This document shows, in pieces, positions 51,619 to 64,000 of a stretch of 64,000 bases of DNA (position 1 is the first letter of the stretch; each line of letters starts with the position of its first letter). The stretch covers positions 28,396,001 to 28,460,000 of the forward strand of contig NC_043010.1 in the NCBI RefSeq assembly GCF_006345805.1, in the 5' to 3' direction. The notes beneath the pieces were generated by a model. That model saw only the letters and a list, made by a program, of their open reading frames with translations, was not told the origin of the DNA and did no database searches. This DNA comes from Octopus sinensis. Taxonomy: Eukaryota. Position numbers and translations under genes: made by a program.

Positions 51619-52036
51619 ACATTATTTACATTTGACGGATATTTGTCCTCACAACATTTCGGCTGATATACCCTCCAGCCTTCATCAGGTGTCTTGGGGA
51701 AATTTTGAACTTGGGTTCTCATTCTTACGGTATTTTTCAATGTTATTATCATTATTATTCAGGTCACTGCCTGGAATTGAACTCAGAATCTTGGAGTTAG
51801 TAGGCCACACTCTTAACCCCAAGATTCGAAGTTTGATTCAGTGACCTGAATAATAATAAGAAGAAGAAGAAGAATAACAACAACATTGAAAAATACCTTA
51901 GGAATGAGAACCCAGGCTCAAAATTTCCCCAAGACACCTGATGAAGGCTGGAGGGTGTTAACTGTGTTAACAACAAACAAGATGAGGACAAATATCCATC
52001 AAATGTAAATATGTTTTCATCTCTTAAATATAGAAC
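51619..52036. mobile_element. Palindromic tRNA/hammerhead composite element, copy 2 (left-arm hammerhead 51650-51693 degenerate, right-arm hammerhead deleted)
   Basis: Same centre (gttagtaggccacactcttaacccc), arms and right end as 30574-30965. Confidence 0.85.
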
Positions 52037-53311
52037 TGTATTACATACATACACATTGTATGGAAGGTCATAAAGAAATAACGTGAAGTGTTAATTTATC
52101 AATGCAGCCACTCTTCTCAACTTTGGCACGAATGCAGAACTATATAACCACCAAGATTTACACATCAAATCATAGAACAATCTATCTTGTGTTAGGTGCA
52201 GAAATTAAATCACAGGAAATATGATTTTTGCATGTTTGAACTGAAAATTTCATATAAATGTTATCAGACGTAATTATGAAAATACAGACAAGCCTTCAGG
52301 GAGACTGCACTGGTTGACTTTGATGTATCAAGCTTACAAAACAACACAGAGAGATCTTAGGAAGCTGCTTGTTAGGCTTGTTATGAAGTAAAGAGAATGC
52401 AGTTTTTCTGTTAATCGTGTGTGTGTGTGTGTGTGTATATATATATGTCCGTTTTCCATGCTAGCATGGGTTGGACAGTTCGACCGGGGTCTGGGAAGCC
52501 AGGAGGCTGCACCAGGCTCCAGTCTGATCTAGCAGAGTTTCTACAGCTGGATGCCCTTCCTAACGCCAACCACTCTGTGAGTGTAGTGGGTGCTTTTTAC
52601 ATGCCACTGGCACAGGGGCCAGAGCACAGCCATGATCGGTTGGTGCTTTTACGTGTCACCGACATGGACGCCAGTCAGGTGGCGCTGGCATCGGCCACGT
52701 TCGGACGGTGCTTTTTACGTGTCACCAGCATGGGTATCTTAACTACAATTTCCATTTGATTTTTATTTTGATGTTAGTGTTGACGTACTTGACTCAATAG
52801 GTCTTCTCAAGAACAGCGGGTCACTCTACGACCCAAGGTTAGCACAGCAGGCCATCGGGCCTTCAGTCACAGCATATCTCAGTCTTTGTCATTTCCTCTG
52901 TGAGGCCCTACATGCCATATATATATATATATATGTATATATAATCATAGAAACAGGTATGGCTGTGTGGTTAAGAAGCTGCCATCTCAACAATCTGGTC
53001 TGGGGTTCAGTTCCACTGTCCAGCTCCTTGGGCATGTGTCCCGTATGTTGTAATATAGCTCTGGGTTGATCGAAGCCTTATGAGTGGATTTGGTAGAGGC
53101 TGAGACTGAAAGAAGGCAGCTGTGTGTGAGTGTGTGTGCTTGTGTATAGATGTATGAATACGTGTGTGTATATATATGTAAATATATACGTATGTGCACA
53201 TGTATACACATACGTGTACATATATAAGTATTACATCTGACAGAGTAATATGAATGCTAAATGGTTAAAACCATCGTGTGATGACAAAAAAAGGGGACAT
53301 ATATCTATCTA

Positions 53312-53346
<35 letters not shown>

Positions 53347-53456
53347 ACATATATACACATAAATACATATGTACACATATATAAACACATATATACACAT
53401 AAATACATATATACACATAAATACATATATACACACATATATACATATAAACACAT

Positions 53457-56296
53457 TATCATCATCATCATCGTTTAGCGTCCATTTTCCATGCTAGCAT
53501 GGGTTGGACGGTTCTACTGGGGTCTGTGAAGCCAGAAGGCTTCATCAGGCCCAGTCAAATCTGGCAGTGTTTCTACGGCTGGATGCCCTTCCTAACGCCA
53601 ACCACTCCGTGAGTGTAGTGGGTGCTTTTTACGTGCCACCCGCACTGGTGCCAGACAGAGCTGGCAAACGGCCACGAACGGATGGTGCTTTTTATGTGCC
53701 ACCGGCATGAGGGCCAGGCGAGGCTGGCAACGGACACGAAACGGGGCGGTGCTGGCAACGGTCGCGAAACGGAAAGTTCTCTTACATGCCACCGGCACTG
53801 GTAACACATCTGCAATTTCCATTGATCGATTTCGATTCTGATCGTCACTTGCCTCAACGGGTCTTCACAAGCAGAGTTTTGACATGCCACCGGCACTGGT
53901 AGCACATCCGCAATTTCCATTGATCGATTTCGATTCTGATCCTCACTTGCCTCATCACGTCTTCACAAGTAGAGTTTTGTGTCCCAAGAAGGGAAGGTAT
54001 GCATACGTAGGCTGGCTCCATCCCATGTAGAAGGCCACGGGTTATGGACTCACTTGTCCTGCCGGGTCTTCTCGCGCACAGCACACTTCCAGAGGTCTCG
54101 GTCTCTAGTCATTTCCTCAGTGAGACCTAAAGTTCGAAGGTCGTGCTTCACCACCTCGTCCCAGGTTTTCCTGGGTCTGCCTCTTCCACAGGTTCCCTCA
54201 ACCGCTAGGGTGTGGCACTTTTTCACACAACTATCTTCATCCATTCTCGCCACATGACCATACCAGCGCAAACGTCTCTCTTGCACACCACAACTGATGC
54301 TTCTTAGGTCCAGCTTTTTTCTCAAGGTACTTACACTCTGCCGAGTGTGAGTACCGGCATTACACATCCATCGGAGCATACTGGCTTCATTTCTAGCGAG
54401 CTTACGCATATCCTCAGCAGTCACGGCCCATGTTTCACTGCCATGTAGCATGGCTGTTCGTACACACGCATCATACAGTCTGCCTTTCACTCTGTGCGAG
54501 AGGCCTTTTGTCACCAGCAGAGGTAAGAGCTCTCTGAACTTTGCCCAAGCTATTCTTACTCTAGCAGTTACACTTTCAGCACACCCGCCCCCGCTGCTGA
54601 CTTGGTCACCTAGGTAATGGAAACTATCAACTATTTCTAGTTTTTCTCCCTGGAAAGTGACGGAAGTTGGTCTCAGAGCATTTTCAGTGTTTATTGTTCC
54701 TGAGCATCTGCCACATACAAAAACCATCTTCCTAGTTAGCCTTCCTTTGACATTGCTGCATCTCTTATGTGTCCATAGCTTACACTTGGTGCATCTTATA
54801 GAGTTTCTACCTACACCTTTTCTACAGATCGAGCAGGGCCATCTACCTGAAGGTGTTTGTGATTTGTCTACCTTCCTACTGATTACGACTTTGGTTTTAG
54901 CTAGATTGACTCTGAGGCCCTTCGATTCTAATCCTTGTTTCCACACCTGGAACTTCTCCAGTTCTGATAGCGACTCAGCAATTAGAGCAAGGTCATCAGC
55001 ATAGAGGAGCTCCCAAGGGCATCCTGTCTTGAATTCCTCCGTTATTGCCTGGAGGACTATGATAAATAGGAGGGGGCTGAGTACTGAGCCTTGGTGGACT
55101 CCTACCTCTACCCGGAATTCTTCACTGTACACATTTCCAACCCTCACCCTACTAGCGGCGTCCCTGTACATGGCCCGCACAGCTCTCACTAACCATTCAT
55201 CTATCCCTAGTTTCCTCATTGCCCACCAGATAAGGGATCGGGGGACCCTGTCGAAGGCTTTCTCCATGTCAACAAAAGCCAGGTACAGGGGCTTATCTTT
55301 GGCTAGGTATTTCTCCTGCAGCTGCCTTACCAGGATATAGCATCAGTAGTACTTTTCCCTGGCACAAACCCAAACTGCATCTCATCTAAACTAACTCTCT
55401 CTCTAATTAGTTGGGCTATGACCCTCTCCGTAACCTTCATCACCTGGTCCAACAGCTTGATACCTCTGTAGTTATTTGTATCTAGGGCATCACCTTTACC
55501 TTTGTAGCAGTTGACTATTATACTGCTACACCAGTCATTGGGTATGACCCTTTGTGTATCACCTGATTAACTATACGGTGACTAGGCTATAGCTGACACT
55601 ACCAGACATTTTGAGCATCTCTGCAGTGATTCCTGATGGGCCTGGGGCTTTCCCTGTCTTCATGCTTCTAATTGCCTTAGCTACCACGGAACTATCAACT
55701 CGGATAGCTGGTCCCTCTGTTGGGTCAACATTCGGCAGACTCTCTTTATCCCATTCATTTTCTTCATTCAGCAACCTTTCATAGTGGCATCTCCAAACCT
55801 CTCTCTTTGCATCCTCATTTAGCGCAAGTGAACCATCTTCCATGCGAACACACTTCTCTCCTACCACATCACGATTCTCTCTCACACACTGTCTTGCAAC
55901 ACGAAACACCTCCAGTCTTTGGTCCTCACGGCGCAGAACATTGGCAAATTTTTTCTTATCTGCTTCCCCTCTGGCTAAATAAACCTGTCTCCTAGCTTCT
56001 CTTTTGGCAGTCTGATACAATCCCCTGCTACCCCCATTTTTCCAGACCTTCCAAGCCTGTCTCTTTTCTCTAATAGCCCTGTCTACAATATTGTTCCACC
56101 ACCACGTTATTCTAGGTCGAGAGGGGACTTTGCACCAGCCACAGATCTGGTCAGTGGCTCTCAGCAGGTTGTCCCTTAGAAACGTCCAGCTGTCTTCTAC
56201 CCCCTGTGATGCTCTATCCCCTTCTACTTCGTCAGAGGCTTCAAGTAATATGTCCCTAAATCTCTGTCCATTTGCAGGATCTTTAAGCTTCCAGAT
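53457..56296 (-). mobile_element. 5'-truncated RTE LINE, copy 2 (pre-RT region, RT, PHD-like finger, 3' UTR with an about 98-bp tandem duplication)
   Basis: ORFs 55571-56392 ([12 protein letters not shown]) and 54050-55267 (KAFDRVP, QGSVLSP, YADD); (GAT)n tail; no APE domain present. Confidence 0.95.
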
Positions 56297-56299
56297 GCA

Positions 56300-56505
56300 T
56301 ATAAACACATATATACATATAAACACGTATATACATATAAACATATATATACATATAAACATATATATATACATATAAACATATATATACATATAAATAT
56401 ATATATACAGATATAAATATATATATACAGATATAAATATATATATACACAGATATAAATATATATATACATATAAATATATATATACAGATATAAATAT
56501 ATATT
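56300..56505. repeat. AT-rich minisatellite (acatataaac/atatatat units)
   Basis: Direct inspection. Confidence 0.85.
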
Positions 56506-56738
56506 CCTTTTACTCTCTTTTACTTGTTTCAGTCATTTGACTGCGGCCATGCTGGAGCACCGCCTTTAGTTGAGCAGATCGACCCCGGGACTTATTCTTT
56601 GTAAGCCTAGTACTTATTCTATCGGTCTCTTTTTGCCGAACCGCTAAGTGACGGGGACGTAAACACACCAGCATTGGTTGTGAAGCAATGCTAGGGGGAC
56701 AAACACAGGCACACAAACACACACACACACATACATAT

Positions 56739-57190
56739 CTCTATATTATAAATCTGAAATGCGAAAAGTTTGTCTGGTTTTGGCATTGAGAATGGGTTAA
56801 AGGCCACTAGATCCCGTCGGATTGACTCCAAAATTTACAGGGACATGTAAAATGAGGTGAGGATGCCAGTGGGCTAGGTTAGAAATCCCTATCTTAAAAG
56901 GTGTCGTTGCTAGGGCCAAAAATGCACTTTGACAAGTCTACTCTCATTCTTTTATGTATCTGGCTTCCTCCGTCACTCACTCTCTTTCCATCACTTTCTA
57001 TATATAACGTTGTTTAATAGCGTCTAACTCCCCTGCACTTTCTCTTTATAACGTCGTCAAACAGCGTTCTATATCTCCCCCTCACCGCCTTCGACAGCAC
57101 TTTCACACACTCTCTCTCTCTCTCTCTCTACGTCTGTCTGCATTCATAGACAGAATTATCATCGCCACCACCACCACACAATCATGAGAA
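56739..57190 (+). mobile_element. 5' part of another Helitron/DINE-like non-autonomous element
   Basis: Starts TCTCTATATTATAAA; no 3' CTAG or hairpin found. Confidence 0.4.
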
Positions 57191-57429
57191 CAAATATTAT
57201 GAATCAGATATTTATTGGGTTAATTTATATGTGTGTGTGTGTGTGTGTTCTATATATATAAATATGTATATTAAACTTTTTAATCTACCAAATCCACTCA
57301 CAAGGCTTTAGTTGGCCCAAGACTATAGTAGAAGACACTTGCCCAAGGCACCACACAGCGGGACTGAACCCAGAACCAAGTGGTTGGGAAGCAAACTTTT
57401 TACTATACAGCCATGTATGTAAAAACTCT

Positions 57430-58116
57430 TGTCTAACCGTTTTCTATATTACACCTGGTCCTTGATACAAACACTTCCAGTTTTAAAATGATCTAAATTA
57501 AAGCCTTCCCTTACATTCTTAATTTATTTCAAACATTAGCTTAATAACGACAAAGTTCAAGGAATAAGGACGAAGTTGTGCATTGATAACCAGTTGGAAA
57601 GAGGTTTTCCTGGGGCTAAAAAAAAAGTTATAACACCATCCTAATCAGGACTGCCACTTTACGTTGGCAAATAGACTTTATTCTGTAGCACTGTTACTAC
57701 CTCTTTCTAGTTCAGAGATTTAAAACTAATTATTTTACTATAGTGGCACATAAAAAGCACCATTTGAGCATGATCATTGCCAGTGCTGCTTCACCGGCTC
57801 CTGTGCCAGTGGCATGTAAAATGTACCATTCAAGAATGGTTGATGCCAGTGCAGCCAGACTGGCCCTCGTGCTGGTGGCACATACAAAGCACCCACTACA
57901 CTCTCGGGGTGATTGGCATTAGGAAGGGCATCCAGCTGTAGAAACTTTGCCAGATCAGATTGGTGCCTGGTGCAGTCCCCTGGCTTGCCAGTCCTCAGTT
58001 AAACCGTCCAACCCATGCCAATATGAAAAGCAGACATTAAACGACGATGATGATGTTCAAAATTAATCAAAACGAAGGCAGTGTATTTCAATAGGAATAT
58101 GGCAATGAAAGGGTTA
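57430..58116. mobile_element. piggyBac-type MITE with nested RTE tail; TIR-bearing relatives at about 15910-16160, 29185-29245 and 42060-42180
   Basis: Right end ggcaatgaaagggTTAA resembles the TIR of the 31319-33964 element. Confidence 0.5.
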
Positions 58117-58259
58117 ATATATCAATAGATAAACAAGCCAACAAGGGAGACCTTAAGCAAAACACCTTTGATCATGTCTGCCAGATCAACAATCCCTAGT
58201 ACTGGTACTTATTTCATCAATTTAGGAAGAGGAGGATGAGATCAATCAATCCTCTAAAC

Positions 58260-58569
58260 CAGTGCTGCACAAAGTGGTGGTCCGTGGACTGGCTCCGGTC
58301 TGTGAGCCATCAGCTGCCTGTACGTGGCAAGTTTCCAGAAAAGAAAGAAACAATAACATAATTTCAGTAATTTTTCCTTATGCACTGTAATATTACAGCT
58401 TATGTAATATTGTATCATTTGTTTACAAAATAATATAAGATAAAAAGAAATTGTCAACTTTCATTATATATATTGTTTCTGATATAAATAAATATTACCG
58501 GTCCCTGACACATTGAGGGAAAAAATAAAAACTGCCAATATGCCACATCAGATAGTTTGAGAAGAACTG
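58260..58569. mobile_element. hAT MITE 1
   Basis: CAGTGCTGCACAAA / TTTGAGAAGAACTG with 8-bp TSD CTCTAAAC. Confidence 0.75.
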
Positions 58570-58577
58570 CTCTAAAC

Positions 58578-58905
58578 CATTGATTCTCAACCGGATTCCA
58601 TATGACACCTGAGGGTTCATGTAAGAAAATAGTAAATTGGGAATCCACAACAGTATTTTAACAGTCACTGGAAAAATTTTGCTTTAGATGTATGTATTGG
58701 TATATATTGCAAGAAACAGCATGGTTTCTTTCTCCAACGGTTTACATAGTTCAACTGAAACAAGTCAATTTGTGGAAAACAAAATAGTAATTTTGAAAGA
58801 AGTTTCTATAAAACTAGGTTTTAAACATCAGATAGCTACAAGGAGTCCACTAGAATAAAGTAAATATTAAAGGCGTCCACAGATGAAAAATGGTTAGAAT
58901 CCCTG
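58578..58905. mobile_element. hAT MITE 2
   Basis: CATTGATTCTCAACC / GGTTAGAATCCCTG with 8-bp TSD CTCTAAAC. Confidence 0.75.
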
Positions 58906-60384
58906 CTCTAAACCATTTTGGAAGGGAAAGTTGACCAAATGAAAGCTGAACTTTACATAAAAATTTGTAACTATCTCAAGATATTTTGTCTGATGCCCCA
59001 CTGATTTTGTTAATCAACTGACCTAACAATAAGAACAATAGAAATAATTTTTTAATTAGCCACAAAGCAAAGTGCAAAACACAGTCAGCCATTTTGCTTA
59101 CAGACAACATAGGACAATACTTGCAGTGAAATACATGGAGAAATTATGATTTGCCTCAAATACAGTAGCAAATACCAACTTCATCATTATCTATTCACTA
59201 AAAGAAATTTGTCATATCATACTTGACAGGACTATCAAAGACTATAGCAAAATAAATAAAAATATAAATTTTAAAAATGCAGTTTTAGAAGTAGAGACCT
59301 GCAAATGTAAGCCACAGCACACAAAGCATGAGAAAGGCAAAAAAAAGAATCAATAAAAAAAAATAAATGCATATGTGCAGGTCTAGTTCAAAAATTGCTT
59401 ATATACATATATAAAGAGAGATAACAGTGAATGTGTGGGAGTGAGAGAGTGTGTGAGAGAGAGAGAGAGAGAGGAAACCAGGATAAGAAAGTGTATTTAA
59501 TCTTGGCAAACAGTTCTGAGGTATGACCTCTTTACAGCAAACCTAAATATACTCAGTTAATGCAGAATTTCTAAATATACTTGGTTATGCAGAATTAATT
59601 TAATTACTGCACAGTAGTATATTCATTAATAATTGAATGTATGCGTTTGCATTCGTCCTCGTGCCCCCAAAGACAGAGAGAAGGAGGGAGGGAGGAGGAG
59701 TAGGGAGAGAGAGAATGATGAAGGAAAAGAAAGCTACAGAGACGAAAAGAGAGCCATAGAGAAAATACTGGAAGAGTTTCATTGGATGCAAAGCCACAGA
59801 AGTTATATTTCTTGTAAGACAACTAACTGCAGCAGAAATACTAACTTAAGATTATACAAGGACTCTTAAGAAACAAACTGGGAAAACAAATATAGCAAGG
59901 AAAAAAAAAAAGACATTGACACTAAATATTGCTTTGAGTCTTTCAGAAAGTACAGGGAGACAACTTTGGATATGTTCTAGTCTTATTGGACCTCTACAGC
60001 AAACCACAAATGTTACTGTACTTACAGAAATAGTGATGAGAAGACTACTTAGCGCAAAGGTGGCAAATTCATTTGGCTTTCAGAGCTGGAATTGAAGCAT
60101 AAATTAGGTTACATGGTTTGCAATGAAGCATAAATTAGGTCTTGCTGGCTAGAATGGAACATAAATTAAATCTTGCAAGCCAGAGGAACATTTCCTCCTA
60201 ATATTCCCTATTTTTGATGTTGGCCAAATTAAATGGACAAAGGGATCACTAAACATTATAACAACTAATATTAACAGGAAGGGAAGAATATGATGAGTTG
60301 GCAGAGTCTGTGTGCAGAGATGCAGGGAAATAACTCATCCACATAGCGTTTGTGTGTGTGTATTTATGTATACACATACAATTC

Positions 60385-60700
60385 CCAAAGAGACCGTCTT
60401 ACAGTGAACTGGTAGAAAGCAAGTGCATACATAGTGGACTGAAAAAGTGCTTCAAGATCAACACCGACATCTGGGAAACGCAAGCACAAGACCACCCTGT
60501 CTGGTGAATCTGCACCAACAGAAGTGCTACCACCTACAAACAGAAGGGAATTGCTGGGGTAGAAGAACATGCAAACTGTGCCAGTCCAGAGCTAAAGCCA
60601 CACCTCCACTCCCAGCAGACCACCAGTGCCCAAACTGCAGCAGAGCCTTTCTGAGCAAGCACTGGACTGATTGGCCATAGCCAGACACCCTGTGCCCTGT
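60385..60700 (+). pseudogene. RTE-BovB-like LINE 3' coding remnant
   Basis: YSELVE..., INTDIWETQAQDHPVW, RAKAT...HQCPNCSRAF in broken frames. Confidence 0.55.
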
Positions 60701-60994
60701 CTTCTCCCATTTGATGTCCTTGGTCATTGTCAGCAACAACATATGAACTAATAATACACACACACACACTTCTATTAAACAAGGATTCTCAGAATGAGAA
60801 GCGAGGCAGAAACTGTTCTAATGAATGCATACAGTTCTTGAGAAAACCAACGCAAGATTAAAAGCTTGCAGCATTTCAGCTGCGAAACCTTTCAATATTG
60901 TTCATGTCAATGGAATACATTCAGATGGACATTGTGTAAATTGGGGAAGGCTCAGTGATTACAGACAAAGTGGAAAAAGGTCAAATCTTTTAGC

Positions 60995-63960
60995 ATATAG
61001 TTAAGTTAGTGATGTTAATTTTTTGGCTCAAAAAGCGAAAAGCAAGGCCATGTAGGGGGACATGGAGTTATGTACAGAGCGGGTGTTCATGCAAAGAGCT
61101 CAGGCCATTTCTGGTCAAGAGAGACTTTGAACCGAGCAGTCGTCGGCATATTCACTATCTCATCCGGCAGCTTATTCCACGGACCGCAACCCGGACAGAG
61201 AAAGCCCCTCTCCTTCAATTGAGATGAAATCGTCGCAGATAGAGCTTTTCGGAGTGACCCCGCAGCCGACGCTCTGGAGCAGGAGTGAAGAACAGCTCTT
61301 TCGAGAGGTTACACTTTCCGCTTATGATATTGTGAGCGAGAATGAGATCACCACGGCTTCGTCGTTTTCTAGAGAATAAAGGTCGAGCGTCTTCAGCCTT
61401 TCTTCATAAGACAAATGCTTGAGGCCAAGAACCATGCGGGTAGCTAGCTTCTGGACTCTTTCGAGATGATGTATGTCTTTGAGGAGATAAGGAGAAGAGG
61501 CTTGAATCCCGTACCCCAATATGGGTCTCACCAGCGTGACATAGAGCGGTAAGAATATGGCTGCTGTGAGCATTCCAAATGACCGTCGAATCAAAAACAG
61601 AACTCCGCGTGCTTTGTTGGCAGCATGGACGCACTGGGCTGAAGGCGAAAAGGAAGAATCCACCAAGATACCCAGGTCCTTTACCTGGTCGGTTCTCTCC
61701 AGCAGCAGATGACCCGGCTCAAAATCAAGTTGAGTTGCAGGAGAGGAGCCAACAGGCAGATGACAGCACTTTGACACGTTCAGACACATGTCCCATTCAT
61801 TAGACCATCTCCAAACTTGGTGGAGGCATCGACGAAGATCATCTATATCACTGCGAGGAGCAACCAGTTTGACATCATCGGCAAATAGAAGGGTGTGTTG
61901 CGTGAGGTCGTCGGGCAAGTCATTTATGAAGACTAAAAACATTAAGGGCCCAAGCACTGAACCTTGAGGCACGCCACTGCTCGCACTGGAGACGTCGGAC
62001 AGCGAACCATTAACTTGGACTTGGAAGGAGCGATCTGAGAGGAAGGCACCAACCCATTGTACAATAATCCGGATGGAAACTATATGCTTGAAGCTTGACA
62101 AGTAATAGGCGGTGGTTAACCGAGTCAAAAGCTTTGGAAAAGTCCAATAAAACGATCTCAACAGCATCACCATCATCCAGGATACGCGTCACCAATTCTT
62201 CCATTACCAGTAAGTTGGTCAAGCATGATCTCTTCGGCATGAAGTCGTGAAGGGAATCAGAGATAGAGGCTGTGTTTTGGAGGTGGAGCAACATACTTTT
62301 CTTAAGGATGGTTTCGAACATCTTGCTGATTATTGAAGTAAGGGAAACCGGCCGGTAGTTAAGCAGGTCTTCGCGGCTCCCTTTCTTGAAAATCGGGCAG
62401 ATTATCACTGTTCTCCAGTCCGCAGGTATAACACCCGTCGCAAATGACATATTGAATAGAAGTGTTAAAGGTTCACAGATGACCAGAGCCAACGCTTTGA
62501 TAACCTGTGGGTGTATGCCATCAGGGCCATGACCCTTGTTGACATTGAAGCCTTGAATAACGCGTTCGACTTCGTCCCGAGTGATGACCAATCTAGGCAT
62601 TGGAGGTACCGATTTATCAAATGGAAGGGGTTCACGACCATCATCTTGTTTGAAAATTAAATAACTGACTCTGCTGATAAGGGTCCTCAATCGATACGCC
62701 TGTTGAGTTTACCAACGTTGCAATTTGGTTGTTCAAGTGGGAATTCCATTGGACATGGGCAAAGAAGGTTTTTGGATTACGACTGGCATTTGCTGCAATT
62801 CTGTATTCATATCTGAAGCGTACTTCCTTTTCAATTTTCACGGCTCGGTCTCGTTGAGTTTTGTACACCTCAAAAGCTGCAGTCGAATCTAGATTTTTGA
62901 ATTCAGCCCAAGCAATATCTCTGAGTCGAAGTTCTTGTTTAACCTTCTTCGTCACCCAGGGCTTGTGTTTCTTCTTCTTGGGAAGCCCAACGGGAACTGC
63001 TTGGTCAGTCAACCAGATTACATATGCTTTGAGGGACGACCATAGTTCGTCAACTGAGGACATCGTCATCAGGGATCGCCAGTCCAGACTCGGTAAGAAT
63101 TTCAAGATTGATTGCAGAGAAGACTCTACATGACAGCGAAGTAGTTGTAGGTGTAGAAAAAGTTGTGTGCATGTCGAACTTCAGGACTGCGTGATCACTC
63201 TTGGCAAGAGGGGCGCACACAGATAAGCCTGACACTGATCTTGGATAGCGGGAGAATACCAGATCCAGCACAGATGACTGCTGCCCAGACCGATGCCTTG
63301 TCGGAGATTCAACATGTTGCAATAGAAAACAATCTTCAGCCACGTCAAGAAGGGGCTGGCCAAACCGGGAGGATGATGTACAAATTGATGCAGGCCAGTC
63401 GATCGTGGGAGCATTGAAGTCTCCTAATATCAAACATTCATGAGAAGCTGAAACGAATCTTATCACTTCAAGTAAATGAGAATCGTCCTGGGGGTCACCA
63501 AGAGGTGGCCTGTAGACAGCTAACACAGGCAGGCAAAACCCGGATAGGCTCAGCTTGCAATAGACGGCATCAAAGTTTGTTGTAGGTTGAGCATTAGCGG
63601 GTAGAATACCACTGGACGGTTTGAGATCAGATTTAACATACACAGCAACACCTCCACCTCGCCTTTTTTCTGTCACATCTGAAGAGGGCGTAGCCCTGAA
63701 GGTGGTTTTCCGAGTCCTTTACTGCTGGAGTCAGCCAAGTCTCGGTGATAGCTATCACATCTGGGGAATCACGCATGGCCAGTGTAAAAAATTCGCTGAA
63801 CTTTGGAAATAAGGAGCATGAGTTGGTATAGACGATGCTGAGCTGTGAAGTTTGAGGGGCGGGAATTAGGGAACAAGCAGAATAAGGGGTATCAGAGATA
63901 GCATCGTTGTCGGGGGTATCTACTTTACTTCGATTCGCCCTCAATTCACTTTCCCTGTCA
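60995..63960 (-). mobile_element. CR1-clade LINE ORF2 (APE endonuclease plus RT), near full-length, several frameshifts; may continue beyond the window
   Basis: IAITETWL, RRGGGVAVYV, LILGDFNAP, SDH, GPDGIHP, NYRPVSLTS, LDFSKAFD, GVPQGSVLGP, LFADDVKL, ERVQKLATRMV across ORFs 63633-63944, 63050-63676, 62641-63105, 62010-62690 and 61322-62176; short AACT-type tail. Confidence 0.93.
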
Positions 63961-64000
63961 GCACTACAGCATGCAACCAGAGGTAGGACTTGATTATGTG

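Noticed and set aside
48020-64000. First exon or promoter of the Arkadia-like gene
   Set aside because: No convincing donor-bounded unique exon or promoter could be identified; it may lie beyond the window.

Overview
AT-rich, microsatellite- and transposon-dense animal DNA, most likely an octopod cephalopod (inferred from the recurring SINE/RTE repeat types). The one host gene is a minus-strand Arkadia-family (RNF111/RNF165) SUMO-targeted RING-H2 E3 ligase. I reconstructed 10 phase-compatible coding exons (47844 to 12932, about 1237 aa from ATG 47836) with four SIM-like motifs and a C-terminal RING-H2. The upstream exon(s) and promoter were not found. Introns and flanks contain many tRNA-derived SINEs, two long inverted RTE LINE copies, a CR1 LINE, a Penelope-like (GIY-YIG) fragment, a full-length decayed piggyBac, a mariner relic, hAT, piggyBac, Helitron and DINE-like MITEs, and a 100-N gap. 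The most unusual signals are: (i) a palindromic element in two copies with a tRNA-like centre and a minimal hammerhead ribozyme in each arm, apparently amplified as a whole palindrome; (ii) a second, unrelated fold-back element around a near-complete tRNA cloverleaf; (iii) several more Penelope-type hammerhead variants; (iv) an inverted RTE pair bracketing the first two coding exons. All coordinates were read by eye, and repeat boundaries are approximate.
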